Positions 1-10,431 are shown, counted from the stretch's first letter. The stretch: DNA of 64,000 nt from an uncultured Bdellovibrionales bacterium (GCA_964556665.1 CAZKXU010000001.1:36078-100077), one strand, 5' to 3'. Notes: generated by a model from the letters alone, not told the origin. Numbers and translations are program-made.

Positions 1-1462
1 AGGATTACTTTTCATATCGCTATTCTGCTCGACTTTGCACGCCGATGAGGCTGTAAATACTTTAAAAGCTCTGGCATCTAAGGTTGAAGAGATAACCCTT
101 GATAACGGTATGCGCGTGCTAATATATCGACGAGGAGTAGCGCCGGTTTTTGCAGGTGTAGTTGTAGTACGGGTAGGAGGTTCGGATGAGGTAGTAGGTC
201 ATACCGGTATTGCACATATGCTGGAGCATATGGCCTTTAAAGGGACACCTCGTATTGGCACAAGGGACTATGCTAAGGAGAAGGATCTTCTGGCAGAGCT
301 AGAGAAATTGGCTGCACTATCAGATGGAGGTAGAAAGTTAGACTCGCAGGAGCAAGCACGCTGGGATGATATCAATCTCCAATTAAGCAAACTCTGGGTT
401 AATAACGATTTCATTAATCAGTTCCAGAGTCATGGAGCTTCAGGAATTAATGCCACAACTGATAGTGAGCAGACTAAATATTTCGTAAATCTCCCTAAAT
501 CGGCATTTGAATTTTGGTGTTATATGGAGTCAGAGCGGTTACTCCGTCCGGTGCTGAGGCAGTTCTATCAGGAAAGAGATGTGGTAATGGAGGAGCGGCG
601 TATGCGCTCCGAAGATAGCCCAGCCGGCAAGCTGTACGAACTACTTCTTAGCTCTATTTATACACGGCACTCATATCGAAATCCTGTCATAGGTTATGAC
701 AATGACATCCAACATCTCACAGCTACGATGGTGAATGAATTCCGTAAACGGTTTTATGTCCCTTCTAATATTGTATTGAGTGTAGTTGGAGATATAGATC
801 GAGAGCATGATCTTCCGTTAATCAAAAAATATTTTGAGCGTATACCGGCCGGAGAACATCCTTCACGTCCAAGCATAGATGAGCCGGAGCAGCGTGGTGA
901 AAGGCATATTAAACTGAAAGCTGACGCTTCACCGCTTCTGTATATAGCCTACCGCAAAGTGCAGTACCCTGATCCTGATGATATTGCAATCTCCGTTATG
1001 AGCCGTGTTTTTGCTGGCAGTGAGATCTCTGTGCTTTATAAGGAATTAGTAAAGAAAAGAAGAATTGCAGCTGATATTGGTATGGATGAAATCCCTGGTA
1101 TGGCTTATCCAAATGCACTTTTGTTCGCAGCCAGTCCTAAAGCACCTTACACTAACCACGACCTAAAGGTCGCTTTTGATAAAGTTTTACAGGATTTTAT
1201 AGATAAAGGTGCGAACGTCGAGGATGTTGAGATAGCAAAGCGCGCACTTAAAGTCTCATATTTAACTCAGCTTAATTCTAATATTCATTTAGCTAAGGAT
1301 TTAGCCAGTTTTGAGTCTCTATATGGTGACTGGCGTGTTGTTATTGATTGGTTTGAGAAGGTGTCAGCGGTTACTGTTGAAGATGTTAATAGGGTTGCCA
1401 AAAAATATCTCGTAAGTGATGCACGCACTATTGCGGAGTTGGAAAATAATGAGAGGGATTAA
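1..1462 (+). CDS. M16 family zinc peptidase (pitrilysin-like), catalytic subunit; 5' end runs off the window (ORF-track start 35 is internal)
   Basis: Inverted zinc motif HMLEH (GIAHMLEHMAFKGT). Frame stays open to base 2 with hydrophobic, signal-like residues. About 475 aa M16 architecture. Confidence 0.8.
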   Translation, partial: GLLFISLFCSTLHADEAVNTLKALASKVEEITLDNGMRVLIYRRGVAPVFAGVVVVRVGGSDEVVGHTGIAHMLEHMAFKGTPRIGTRDYAKEKDLLAELEKLAALSDGGRKLDSQEQARWDDINLQLSKLWVNNDFINQFQSHGASGINATTDSEQTKYFVNLPKSAFEFWCYMESERLLRPVLRQFYQERDVVMEERRMRSEDSPAGKLYELLLSSIYTRHSYRNPVIGYDNDIQHLTATMVNEFRKRFYVPSNIVLSVVGDIDREHDLPLIKKYFERIPAGEHPSRPSIDEPEQRGERHIKLKADASPLLYIAYRKVQYPDPDDIAISVMSRVFAGSEISVLYKELVKKRRIAADIGMDEIPGMAYPNALLFAASPKAPYTNHDLKVAFDKVLQDFIDKGANVEDVEIAKRALKVSYLTQLNSNIHLAKDLASFESLYGDWRVVIDWFEKVSAVTVEDVNRVAKKYLVSDARTIAELENNERD

Positions 1463-1475
1463 GTTACGTTTTGTT

Positions 1476-1551
1476 CACTGGGACCACGGGCTTCCAGCCT
1501 GCAAACGAATCAGGTGCAACTATGTTGCGGGCTGGAAGCCCGTGGTCCTAG
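1476..1551. repeat. Palindromic element family A, copy 1 (CACTGGGACCACGGGC...GCCCGTGGTCCTAG)
   Basis: 76-bp imperfect palindrome, intergenic between the two M16 genes. Related copies at 18718, 37011 and 58501, half copy at 4324. Confidence 0.75.
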
Positions 1552-2999
1552 TAGAAAACTTAGTTTACACTCTACTAGTAATTTTCTGTTTAATGACTGG
1601 CTGCAGCTCGGTCTTTATAGACTCACCACCCGCAGATCATGCACTAGATGATTTTACTCCTCCTCAACCGCAGCACTTTTCATTAAAGAATGGATTAGAG
1701 GTTTATTATCTTCATGATCAGGAGCTGCCATTAGTAAGAGCTGGGCTTTATATCAAGGGCGGTTCTCTTACAGAACCGGATGGATTACACGGCATAGCTG
1801 ATGCCATGGGAGAGCTGATGCGCTCCGGAGGAGCAGGAGCTAGATCTGCTGAAGAGCTTGATCATGAGTTAGAGAGACTTTCAGCTTCAGTCGGCAGCTC
1901 TGTGTCTGATGAGTTCAGTAAGGTCGGGTTTTTTACATTACGGGAAAATTTAGAGGAGGTCTTCTCTATTTTTGCAGATGTTGTGATTAATCCGCGCTTT
2001 GAAGAGAATCGACTTGAACTTTGGAAAGGACAGAAAATTGAAGGGATTCGCCGGCGCAAGGATGACCCTGACCAGGTTTCACAGATCGCATATAAACAGC
2101 TTCTTTACGGTGATACTGTTTATGGGCGCGTGGCGGAGAGTTCAGATATAAGAAAAATTACACGGCTCGACTTGCTAAGAGCACATAGGCGTTTAATTAA
2201 CCCAACCAATGCTACTCTAGTTGTAAGCGGTGCTATTACCCGCCCTGAGCTTGAGCAGCTGCTTAATAAGTATATGGCGCAATGGGAGGCAGGCAATAAG
2301 CAGGAGGTATCCTTACCGCCATTAAATTTTGAGCCAGTTCCGGGAATATATTTTATTGAACTACCCATTGCACAGGCGAATATCTTGATGGGGCACCAAA
2401 GTGTGCCACGTTTTACAGATGATTATATAGCAATCGATGGTTTTAGTAGCATTTTTGGTTCAGGCGGTCTTAAGGCTAGGTTGGCTAGCTCTGTACGTAC
2501 CGAGCATGGACTTGCTTACGGAGTTGAGGGTGGAGTTTTACCCGGGCCTGTTAAAGGACAGGCTTTAATTACTATTGGCACTAAGAATCAGAGCACTGCA
2601 CAGGCGATAACATTGAGTATAGATGTTTTAAATGAGATGCGTCAGAACCTAGTAACAGCTGTTGAGCTGGATGAGATGAAGCGCGGAATGGTAAACTCAT
2701 TTATTTTTCGATTTGATGAGAGTGATGAGATCTTGAGTCGAACCGCGATAATGAAAGTCTTGAATTATCCAGAGAACTTTGATGAGAACTACATAAAGGC
2801 GATCAAGGCACTCAGCGCGGAAGAAATAAGAACAGTTGCACAGAAACGATGGGATGTACAGAAAATGATTGTAGTTGTAGTAGGGGATAGAAAGGCATAT
2901 GATTCATTAAGCGCCTTAGTAGAAGGCTCGCAGGCACTTTTCCCGAATCATAGGATTATAAAAATGAACTTTGATGAGGTAGCAAAGGTAGATGAGTAA
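1542..2999 (+). CDS. M16 family peptidase, non-catalytic partner subunit, probable lipoprotein
   Basis: M16 fold lengths and motifs (e.g. GLAYGVEGG) but no HxxEH. Lipobox-like LMTGC. Follows the catalytic M16 as in paired M16 systems. Start uncertain: GTG at 1542 lies inside a palindromic repeat; the long ORF from 1416 is unlikely. Confidence 0.7.
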   Translation: MVLVENLVYTLLVIFCLMTGCSSVFIDSPPADHALDDFTPPQPQHFSLKNGLEVYYLHDQELPLVRAGLYIKGGSLTEPDGLHGIADAMGELMRSGGAGARSAEELDHELERLSASVGSSVSDEFSKVGFFTLRENLEEVFSIFADVVINPRFEENRLELWKGQKIEGIRRRKDDPDQVSQIAYKQLLYGDTVYGRVAESSDIRKITRLDLLRAHRRLINPTNATLVVSGAITRPELEQLLNKYMAQWEAGNKQEVSLPPLNFEPVPGIYFIELPIAQANILMGHQSVPRFTDDYIAIDGFSSIFGSGGLKARLASSVRTEHGLAYGVEGGVLPGPVKGQALITIGTKNQSTAQAITLSIDVLNEMRQNLVTAVELDEMKRGMVNSFIFRFDESDEILSRTAIMKVLNYPENFDENYIKAIKALSAEEIRTVAQKRWDVQKMIVVVVGDRKAYDSLSALVEGSQALFPNHRIIKMNFDEVAKVDE

Positions 3000-3714
3000 G
3001 ACAAAAATTGTAATACTGTTAAGCATGCTTACGGCCTGTGCTCCTAGCGCGGGGCCGGATAAGCAGTTTATGGGAATGTTAAAGGGTGGAGCAGTAGGAG
3101 CTGGTTCGGGCGCTGTCACCGGTGCCAAGCTTTCAGCAGGAACAGGTCCAGGAGTTATGGTAGGAGCCGGTATTGGTGCACTGGCAGGTGGGATTGAAGG
3201 ATTTATTCAGGATCAAACAGAGGATCAATTATTAGAGCTTGATGCTAGGACCAGGTATGAGCAGCAGGTTGCTTTTGCACAGGAGATATTAGCTGATCAG
3301 TATAGGCGTAGAGTAGATCTTCACCCTACCCGTGAGTTGTATCCGGCCGATCTATTTTTTGTCGGGGATAATGTCCAAGTCTCAGCACAGGGGAGGTTTC
3401 TTATACGTGAATTAGCAAAACTTAATTATCAGCGTCTGCCTTGGTCGCGCCTTGCCGTGATCTCATATGTAAGGGCAAATGAGAAGAAAGTAGCGCAGGA
3501 TGAGATAGGTGTAAGTAATGCAGCAGATGGATTTTCAGAATATCTAGCAGGAAGACGAGCACGTGAGTTTAGTGACCTGTTAGTCAGTGCTGGGATAGAA
3601 CCGCGCAGAATAGAGGCACGTGGGGTTATAATTGATGCTCCTATATTAATTGATCCGCTTGATGACCCAGCCCGTTATAATCAGGTTATAGAGCTATTGC
3701 CCTTAGATCGATAA
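2992..3714 (+). CDS. Lipoprotein with glycine-zipper segment and OmpA-like C-terminal region
   Basis: Lipobox LTACAP. GxxxG-rich stretch GAGSGAVTGAKLSAGTGPGVMVGAGIGALAGG. Overlaps the upstream stop by 8 bp. Confidence 0.45.
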   Translation: MSKTKIVILLSMLTACAPSAGPDKQFMGMLKGGAVGAGSGAVTGAKLSAGTGPGVMVGAGIGALAGGIEGFIQDQTEDQLLELDARTRYEQQVAFAQEILADQYRRRVDLHPTRELYPADLFFVGDNVQVSAQGRFLIRELAKLNYQRLPWSRLAVISYVRANEKKVAQDEIGVSNAADGFSEYLAGRRAREFSDLLVSAGIEPRRIEARGVIIDAPILIDPLDDPARYNQVIELLPLDR

Positions 3715-3764
3715 ATAATGGTTAAAGCATGAATCTTGAGTTTAATTGTATCATCTAATATTGT

Positions 3765-4097
3765 ATGGCTATGAAAAAAGATAAGAAAAAAGAAGCGCCT
3801 GCCGAAAAAGCAGAGCCCCTAACATTTGGTAAAATTGTCACAACTGCTGATTTGAAAACTTTTCTTCTTAATGTTCGTGATAAGATGACAGAGGAGATAG
3901 CGGCGCCAATTTATGCACTCAGCGCTCTCAACCATGTGATGAGTCTTACGAATATATATCAGCTCCTGGATAATGAGTGTAAAGAGATTGCGCGTGATAT
4001 CTGGCTCCGGCTCCGCCAAGCAGGACTTCAACTTCGAAATCCACCGATGCTCTTTGGTGATGATGAGACAATTAGCAGCGTTAATACCACAAGATAG
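3765..4097 (+). CDS. Hypothetical small protein (110 aa)
   Basis: Clean ORF with a Lys-rich N-terminus. No recognisable motif. Confidence 0.4.
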   Translation: MAMKKDKKKEAPAEKAEPLTFGKIVTTADLKTFLLNVRDKMTEEIAAPIYALSALNHVMSLTNIYQLLDNECKEIARDIWLRLRQAGLQLRNPPMLFGDDETISSVNTTR

Positions 4098-4105
4098 GAT
4101 TTATT

Positions 4106-4292
4106 CTAGTGCTTCGCCAAATAAGTTTTTTCACGTATAGCGCGCAGCGTTGCCCCAGATTGGCACGCCTCGGAAGGAGGAAATCCGCAGCAATACTGGA
4201 GTATTGCGAGGATTTTCCGACTGAGAAGCGTGACAAGGTGGGGCAACGATGTGATGCTAGACGTGAAAAAACTTATTTGGAGGAGCACTAGA
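4106..4292. repeat. MITE-like element C1 (187 bp, about 35-bp terminal inverted repeats CTAGTGCT.C.CCAAATAAGTTTTTTCACGTATAG, internal GCGTTGCCCC/GGGGCAACG hairpin)
   Basis: About 99% identical to the reverse complement of 33361-33546. Generates spurious 60-69 aa ORFs on both strands. Confidence 0.85.
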
Positions 4293-4323
4293 TCTACCCT
4301 GCAACGTAGTTGCATTTAATTTG

Positions 4324-4353
4324 TTTGCGGGCTGGAAGCCCGCGGTCCCAGGT
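4324..4353. repeat. Family A half-element (TTTGCGGGCTGGAAGCCCGCGGTCCCAG), abutting MITE C1
   Basis: Right arm only; matches the right arms of copies A1 and A5. Confidence 0.6.
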
Positions 4354-4363
4354 GTTTTAGGGA

Positions 4364-5878
4364 CTAAGCTTCCGCAATCCTTTTTTTAACCACATCTAAT
4401 GCCTCCTGTACGCCTATTCTGTCCTGCTTAGTAGTGTCACGATCTCGAATTGTAACGGTGTGGTCGGTTAGTGACTGGTGATCTACGGTTAAGCAATACG
4501 GTGTTCCGATCTCGTCATGTCTTGCATAACGTTTTCCGATAGATTGCTGCTCATCATAGCTCGCATTAATGCCAGCACTATAGAACTTGGCAACAATATC
4601 CCGTGCAACCTCAGGTAGGCCGTCTTTTTTTGTAAGCGGACAGACTGCGACTTTAAATGGAGCAAGACGTGGATGCAGTTTTAATATAACCCGAGTCTTG
4701 GATTCCCCCTCTGCATCTACTCCTGACTCCTCTGCATAAGCATCGATCAGGTACATAAGCACAGCTCGGCTCAAACCAGCAGCGGGCTCAATAACGTACG
4801 GTACATAACGCCAGCCTGGTTTGCCTGTCTGTGGATCGTTTTTACCCTGATCAAAATAGGTGAGTTTGGCGCCGGAATACTCCGCATGTTTAGTAAGATC
4901 ATAATTAGTGCGGGAAGCTATACCCTCAAGCTCGCCCCATCCCCACGGATAATCATACTCTACATCAACGCAGCGATCAGCATAATGAGCTAGTTCATCC
5001 TCTGTATGCTCACGTAGTCTAAAACGCTGTGGATAGTTAGCAAAACGCTGCCACCATTTTAACCTTAGATCGCACCAATACTTGTGCCATTCCAGCTGCG
5101 AGCCTGGCTCTACAAAATACTCCATCTCCATCTGCTCAAATTCGCAGGTTCTAAAGAAGAAATGCTCAGTAGTAATCTCGTTTCTAAAAGATTTACCGCA
5201 TTGTGCGATTCCAAAAGGAACCTTCATAGACATGGAGCTTTGAACATTTAGAAACTGTACGAACATCGCCTGTGCTGTCTCAGGTCTTAGGTACACTGCT
5301 GACTCCTTGATGGCTGCTTCCATACGTTCGCGCAGCTCTAACTTAGTTAGACTCTTTCCGTGCACCTCATCTACAATAGCCTGTATCGGATCGACTGGGC
5401 CAAGTGAGGTACGGAACATTAAATTAAATTTCCTTTCAGTGCCCAAGTCGCTTGATCCGCAAACAGGACAGACATAACCACATTCTCCAACCTTACCCTT
5501 AACTGTTTCACCTTTAGCTTTGCCGCCTTTGATCCAGGTAATATCGCTGCCGGCACTCATGTTGGTAGCTTTATCTGCTCTAAAACGCTCCTTGCAGTTA
5601 TGACAATCCACGAGCGGATCGGTAAATCCAGAGAGATGCCCGCTTGCCTCCCAAACCTTTGGATGCATAACAATCGAGGAGTCAAGACCTACCACATCCT
5701 CCCGTTCGTGCACCATCGTACGCCACCATTCCGCAGCGATATTCCGCTTTAACTCAACTCCAAGCGGACCGAAATCGTATGCGCTTTTTAGTCCGCCGTA
5801 GATCTCGGAGCTTTGAAAAACAAAGCCGCGTCTCTTACAGAGCGAGGTGATTTTATTCATTATTTCAGCTTCAGCCAT
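4364..5878 (-). CDS. glyQS: Glycine--tRNA ligase, single-chain alpha2 type
   Basis: N-terminal RRGFVFQSSEIYGG, class II aaRS motifs, about 500 aa. ATG at 5878 overlaps the upstream TGA stop (ATGGCTGA); GTG at 5887 is also possible. Confidence 0.9.
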   Translation of the reverse strand: MAEAEIMNKITSLCKRRGFVFQSSEIYGGLKSAYDFGPLGVELKRNIAAEWWRTMVHEREDVVGLDSSIVMHPKVWEASGHLSGFTDPLVDCHNCKERFRADKATNMSAGSDITWIKGGKAKGETVKGKVGECGYVCPVCGSSDLGTERKFNLMFRTSLGPVDPIQAIVDEVHGKSLTKLELRERMEAAIKESAVYLRPETAQAMFVQFLNVQSSMSMKVPFGIAQCGKSFRNEITTEHFFFRTCEFEQMEMEYFVEPGSQLEWHKYWCDLRLKWWQRFANYPQRFRLREHTEDELAHYADRCVDVEYDYPWGWGELEGIASRTNYDLTKHAEYSGAKLTYFDQGKNDPQTGKPGWRYVPYVIEPAAGLSRAVLMYLIDAYAEESGVDAEGESKTRVILKLHPRLAPFKVAVCPLTKKDGLPEVARDIVAKFYSAGINASYDEQQSIGKRYARHDEIGTPYCLTVDHQSLTDHTVTIRDRDTTKQDRIGVQEALDVVKKRIAEA

Positions 5879-6977
5879 GTGCAACACTCAGATCAGGTAA
5901 ACGATTAACTCTTTCATATAAGGTATCTCTTTCTTGCGGCTCTCTACCAGCCGCTCTTATAATGCGCTTAATATCCTCAATTGTTAACGCATTAGGGGAA
6001 TCGGAGCCAGCCATATGATAGATCTTCTCCTCGGTGACTGTACCGTCAATATCATTTGCACCAAAAAGCTGTGCTATCTGTGCTGTTTTGACCCCGAGCA
6101 TAATCCAGTAAGCCTTAATGTGAGGAATATTAGAGAGCATCAATCGGCTGACTGCTATGACTCGTAAATCATCCACACCGGTAGGTGCAGGCAGCCGCTC
6201 CATACGGTTATTTTCATTGTGAAAGGCGAGCGGAATAAAAACCTGAAACCCTCCGGTTTCGGCTTGCAGAGTACGCAGACGGATAAGATGATCGACGCGT
6301 TCTTCTACCGTTTCGATAGTTCCGTATAACATGGTGCAGTTGCTTTTAAGCCCCAGCTCATGTGCAGTTCGGTGAACTGCCAACCATTCATCAGCTGTAG
6401 CCTTTTCACGACAGAGCTTTTTTCTGGCTCGCTCTGCAAAAATTTCTGCGCCACCTCCAGGTACCGAACCAAGACCAGCTGCTATGAGGCGAGTTAATAC
6501 TTGCTTATAGGTCATGCCGTATTTTACAGCGAAATAATGTATTTCTACCGCTGTAAAAGCCTTAATGTGCAAAGCCGGATATTCAGTATGAATCATCCTA
6601 AGGAGATTCTCATAGTACTCAAACGGTAGATCCGGATTAAGTCCATTCACGATATGAATCTCAGTCATGCCAATTTTATACCGTTCAGCTATCCAACGTC
6701 TGGACTGCTCAAGGCTCATGGTATAGGCTTGCGGATCGCCGGTCTTGATCCTAGAAAATGAGCAGAATATACAGTCTGCTTCACATACATTTGTACTGTT
6801 AAGATGTAGATTCCAGTTATAGTAAGTTATATTGCCATGCAGTCTCTCGCGATGCCGATTGGCAATAGCCCCTACTGTTAAAAAATCGTGATGGGTAAAT
6901 AACGCAACCCCTTCTTCAAGAGAGAGAAATTCACCTGCAAGTACTTTCTCCTCGATACGCTTTAAGATTCGATCCAT
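5871..6977 (-). CDS. Radical SAM menaquinone (futalosine route) enzyme, MqnC or MqnE
   Basis: CEADCIFCSF provides the CxxxCxxC motif. C-terminal FGANDIDGT motif typical of the MqnC/MqnE family. 368 aa. Confidence 0.75.
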   Translation of the reverse strand: MDRILKRIEEKVLAGEFLSLEEGVALFTHHDFLTVGAIANRHRERLHGNITYYNWNLHLNSTNVCEADCIFCSFSRIKTGDPQAYTMSLEQSRRWIAERYKIGMTEIHIVNGLNPDLPFEYYENLLRMIHTEYPALHIKAFTAVEIHYFAVKYGMTYKQVLTRLIAAGLGSVPGGGAEIFAERARKKLCREKATADEWLAVHRTAHELGLKSNCTMLYGTIETVEERVDHLIRLRTLQAETGGFQVFIPLAFHNENNRMERLPAPTGVDDLRVIAVSRLMLSNIPHIKAYWIMLGVKTAQIAQLFGANDIDGTVTEEKIYHMAGSDSPNALTIEDIKRIIRAAGREPQERDTLYERVNRLPDLSVAHG

Positions 6978-6990
6978 ACATTTGTTAGAG

Positions 6991-7755
6991 CTATAAAGCA
7001 GCTCTTAATCCTACAATTTTTTTCTTGAGTTCCTCACTCTGGTCACCGAGCTCAACGGCTTTCTCAAATGCAATTAAAGAGTTTTTATAATCCTTTGAGA
7101 TTTCGTAAGCAGTTCCGAGAGTTATATATGTTTCAGCGTTAGCTTTAACCTGAAGTGCTCTTTTTGCACTACTGATCGCTTTGTCCGTTTTACCATTTGC
7201 TAGAAAAAGCGAGCTCAGATTGGAGAGCAGCTGACCATCTTTTGGATTTAGTTCAACTGCAACAAGCATTAATTGCTCCGCCTTATCTAGTTTATTTTGC
7301 AGAGTATAAACCGAACTTAGCCGTTGTGGTATTGTTGGGTAATGAGGATCAAGTTTTAAGGCCGCTTCATAATTCTTTGCAGCAGCATCTGTATTTTTTG
7401 AGGCGAAATATGCATCACCTAAGCGAGCATAGATCCCGGGGTCTTTAGTGTCCTGATTAGCATACTGCTCCAAGAGGGCGATAGCCTGCGGCTCCTTCTT
7501 ATTAGTGATGTATACTGTGGCCAAATTTATTACAGCGGTTAAGTTTTTTGGGTCAGCTGCCAGGGCACTACGAAAAAATGCCTCTGCCACAGGATAATTT
7601 TTTGAACGTACCGCCTGAACACCCTTTTCATTTAGTATCGCAGATTTATTCTCAACTTTAGTGTGTTGCCCAATCTTTGGTGTGCAAAATGCAGAATACG
7701 GGAAAAATAGTAAAGCGAAAAATAAGGGGAAAATCCTAATCATCTGTTGCCTCAA
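6991..7755 (-). CDS. Secreted tetratricopeptide-repeat protein
   Basis: Signal peptide (IRIFPLFFALLFFPYSAFC), then repeated A-x-x-Y/F-x-x-A/L TPR-like 34-mers. Confidence 0.65.
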   Translation of the reverse strand: MRQQMIRIFPLFFALLFFPYSAFCTPKIGQHTKVENKSAILNEKGVQAVRSKNYPVAEAFFRSALAADPKNLTAVINLATVYITNKKEPQAIALLEQYANQDTKDPGIYARLGDAYFASKNTDAAAKNYEAALKLDPHYPTIPQRLSSVYTLQNKLDKAEQLMLVAVELNPKDGQLLSNLSSLFLANGKTDKAISSAKRALQVKANAETYITLGTAYEISKDYKNSLIAFEKAVELGDQSEELKKKIVGLRAAL

Positions 7756-7812
7756 AAGCTGTAGATATATAGGTAAAATCTAGCTTTTAGCGGCATCAAA
7801 GTCAATTATTAG

Positions 7813-8610
7813 CTACTTACTCCCTACACTTACATAAAACGCGAGACCACCAATTAATGCTGAATATATAATTGGTATGAGCGCAGTGATTAACTGAAAA
7901 TGCTTCCAGTATGGCCGCCCAGCCAGGAGTTCCTCGGCTTGAGTGATTACACGTGCATTTAGACCAAGGATTAAAACGGTAAAAAGAAATATCCCAGGTA
8001 TTTGCTGAAGATATGCAAGAAATAGAATCTGAAGCGGGCCAATAATCAGAAGAAGATTAAAGGAGCGTATCGTAAATTTAAGTAACTTTGACTGCTGCTT
8101 AATCGCTGCAAAAGTCTTCGCTAATTCTGTAGCAACAACTAAGGTGGATATGCCTAATGCGATGACTATAGCCTGCCAGCTCCAATTATATATCAAAATT
8201 GTAAAAGCTAAAAAACTAATAACTGTGTAATATGTCAGCGCAGCAGTCATGTATAATTTAATTATGCGTTTACTAAGATAGTGTGACTTTAGAATTGTTA
8301 GAGCCAATAAGGGAATAATTAGAAGAAACATCTCTCTGTCAGCAATGTTTCTGAATGAGTGTAGGGAGAATAAAAAAAGCAGTAATATTAATATTGTGAT
8401 TACAACGATGAATGTAAATTTAGCGCCTTTTTGTCCAGGACGTATAATTTTTTTGCAGAGCTCACGTAGTAATTTCCAAAGAATAAGAATAATTAATAAA
8501 AGAGCATAAAGTTTAATATTAATTACGGAGCCAAGTGTAGGAAACGCAAAAATAACCGGAAAGAAGAGCGGCAATACTAAATTGAGGTGCTGAATCAGTT
8601 TGAAAGGCAT
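7813..8610 (-). CDS. Polytopic integral membrane protein, function unknown
   Basis: About 8 hydrophobic helices in an AT-rich coding region. Confidence 0.5.
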   Translation of the reverse strand: MPFKLIQHLNLVLPLFFPVIFAFPTLGSVINIKLYALLLIILILWKLLRELCKKIIRPGQKGAKFTFIVVITILILLLFLFSLHSFRNIADREMFLLIIPLLALTILKSHYLSKRIIKLYMTAALTYYTVISFLAFTILIYNWSWQAIVIALGISTLVVATELAKTFAAIKQQSKLLKFTIRSFNLLLIIGPLQILFLAYLQQIPGIFLFTVLILGLNARVITQAEELLAGRPYWKHFQLITALIPIIYSALIGGLAFYVSVGSK

Positions 8611-8636
8611 GTTATATAATTAAACTTATGCTAAAT

Positions 8637-8830
8637 GACAAAATAACGTACCGTTATTTTGTCTGTCGGCCTTTGACCATCCGTGGCCAAAGGCCTCCTC
8701 GAACGGCTTGAAACGGGTCCCCGAGCGCCCATTTCAAGCCGTTCTCCGAGCCTACGGCTCGTCCTGGCCATCCATGGCCAGGCTATAGCAAGTGACAGAA
8801 TAACGCTACGTTATTCTGTCACTTGCTATA
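8637..8830. repeat. Composite multi-hairpin element family B, copy 1 (about 195 bp, four consecutive perfect or near-perfect hairpins)
   Basis: GACAAAATAACGTACCGTTATTTTGTC; GGCCTTTG...CAAAGGCC; GAACGGCTTGAAA...TTTCAAGCCGTTC; CTATAGCAAGTGACAGAATAACGCTACGTTATTCTGTCACTTGCTATAG. Nearly identical at 63083-63277. Confidence 0.85.
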
Positions 8831-8887
8831 GTCTGCCCGTAGCCCGCAACATAGATCTTCTATGTTTTCCGTATTATTATCATATGT

Positions 8888-9316
8888 ATGTCACTTACAA
8901 TTAATAGATTGCTGACAATCCCCGACTCTGAGCTCAGCTTTACCTTCAGTCGTGCTTCTGGCGCAGGCGGGCAGAATGTAAATAAGGTTAATAGTCGTGC
9001 TACTCTTATTTGGAATGTTTTTAGTTCAAAGGCAGTTTCCTCTGAGCTGAAGGCCCGTTTTATCTCACTTTTTAGTAATCGGATTAACCAGGCAGGTGAA
9101 CTTCTTATCTCCTCTGACCGATTTCGCGAGCAGAGCAGAAACCGAGAGGATTGTATCTTACGACTTGAGAGTATGATACAAAAAGCGTTACATAAGCCTA
9201 AGTTGCGGCGCAAAACAAAGCCCAGTAATGCCTCACATGAACGGCGTATAACTGGCAAGAAGATCAGATCTAAGAAGAAAAATAACCGTGGAAGAATTAA
9301 ATTAGGACAGCTTTAA
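8888..9316 (+). CDS. arfB: Peptidyl-tRNA hydrolase ArfB (ribosome-rescue factor, release-factor-like)
   Basis: GGQ motif (SGAGGQNVNKVNS). About 140 aa with a basic C-terminal tail (KLRRKTKPSN...RSKKKNNRGR). Confidence 0.8.
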   Translation: MSLTINRLLTIPDSELSFTFSRASGAGGQNVNKVNSRATLIWNVFSSKAVSSELKARFISLFSNRINQAGELLISSDRFREQSRNREDCILRLESMIQKALHKPKLRRKTKPSNASHERRITGKKIRSKKKNNRGRIKLGQL

Positions 9317-9533
9317 TATGGAACACTTCAATCGAAAAGATGGGCCGTTTCAACTTTTTCAACGCAAGGTTGTTAATAAAAGTAATTACAACTTAGTTGA
9401 GTATATTAAAGTTATTCTTATCCTCTGTGTAGTGCGAATAGTTATGCTGATTTCTGGTGTGACTTTTATTGCTATTCCCTATCTAGATGGTGTATTACGA
9501 ATGCTCATATCAATGGTGATGTAGATAGTTAAA

Positions 9534-10238
9534 ATGCCCAAGGACGTAACATACAGCCGGATCGGATTTGAGGTGCAGGAGATGTTTGGCTCCATTGCAG
9601 CTGGGTATGATCGTGCCAATACGATTCTTAGCTTTGGTATACATCATCTTTGGCGTAAGGCGCTTATAGCTAGCCTTCCAAAGGGCCAAAAACTCGAGAT
9701 ATTAGATCTTTGCACGGGCACTGCAGATCTTATTCCACCTCTGGTCCCTCTAGCAAAAAGGTTGGTAGGAGCTGATTTCTCTCTGCCTATGTTAGTCCAA
9801 GCAGGGAAGAAGCTTAATCGGCTTGGTTTAAAAGCAGAATTAGTACAGGCAGACGCCCAAAATCTTCCATTCGCAGAGATGAGTTTCGATCTGATAACGG
9901 TGGCTTTCGGAGTGAGAAATTTTGAAAATTTAGAATTGGGATTAAAAGAGATGCTTCGCGTAATTAAGCCGGGCGCCACAATTAGAATATTAGAATTTGG
10001 CACACCTCCCGGCCTTTTTGGTTTAATCTACAAATTTTATTCCGATAAGTTGCTGCCACTTATAGGTGGATTAATAACAGGAAATCGTGCTGCTTATCGC
10101 TATCTGCAGAAGACCTCCTCTCATTTTCCGTATGCCGATCAGTTTGCTGCTAAGCTAAGCGAGGTTGGATATCAAGATGTAAGTTATAAGGCCTTAACCT
10201 TCGGTATTTGTTATCTTTATTCAGCTAGACGGATCTGA
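9534..10238 (+). CDS. ubiE: UbiE/MenG family demethylmenaquinone methyltransferase
   Basis: N-terminal FxxxAxxYDxxN (FGSIAAGYDRANTILS). SAM motif I ILDLCTGTADL. Confidence 0.75.
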   Translation: MPKDVTYSRIGFEVQEMFGSIAAGYDRANTILSFGIHHLWRKALIASLPKGQKLEILDLCTGTADLIPPLVPLAKRLVGADFSLPMLVQAGKKLNRLGLKAELVQADAQNLPFAEMSFDLITVAFGVRNFENLELGLKEMLRVIKPGATIRILEFGTPPGLFGLIYKFYSDKLLPLIGGLITGNRAAYRYLQKTSSHFPYADQFAAKLSEVGYQDVSYKALTFGICYLYSARRI

Positions 10239-10431
10239 ATCGTCTCTATTGATTAGGTCTAAGTGATATCCTAAAATATGTCCTTTAATAATGCTCAGTT
10301 GATGCTCTTTGCAGAATGTCGTTCTATCCTTGCCAGTAACGAATTCATTAATGACTTAAAAAATGGTAGAATAGTGGCCAGTTCTGATTCAACTGGAACC
10401 GTACTCATCCTTTATTTTTATTGAGAATTTT

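Noticed and set aside
4106-4315. 60-69 aa ORFs on both strands (MLRQISFFTYSAQRCPRLARLGRR... / MQLRCRVDLVLLQISFF...), duplicated at 33361-33546
   Set aside because: They lie entirely within the MITE-like element C. Mirror-image ORFs on both strands are an artefact of the inverted-repeat structure.
8683-8904. 73-aa ORF MAKGLLERLETGPRAPISS..., repeated as a 103-aa ORF at 63129-63440
   Set aside because: It is the translation of the family-B multi-hairpin repeat. Identical DNA occurs at both places and palindromic codon symmetry is evident, so it is not a gene.
9318-9524. 68-aa hydrophobic ORF between arfB and ubiE
   Set aside because: Short with no motif. It could be a real small membrane protein, but the evidence is insufficient to call it.
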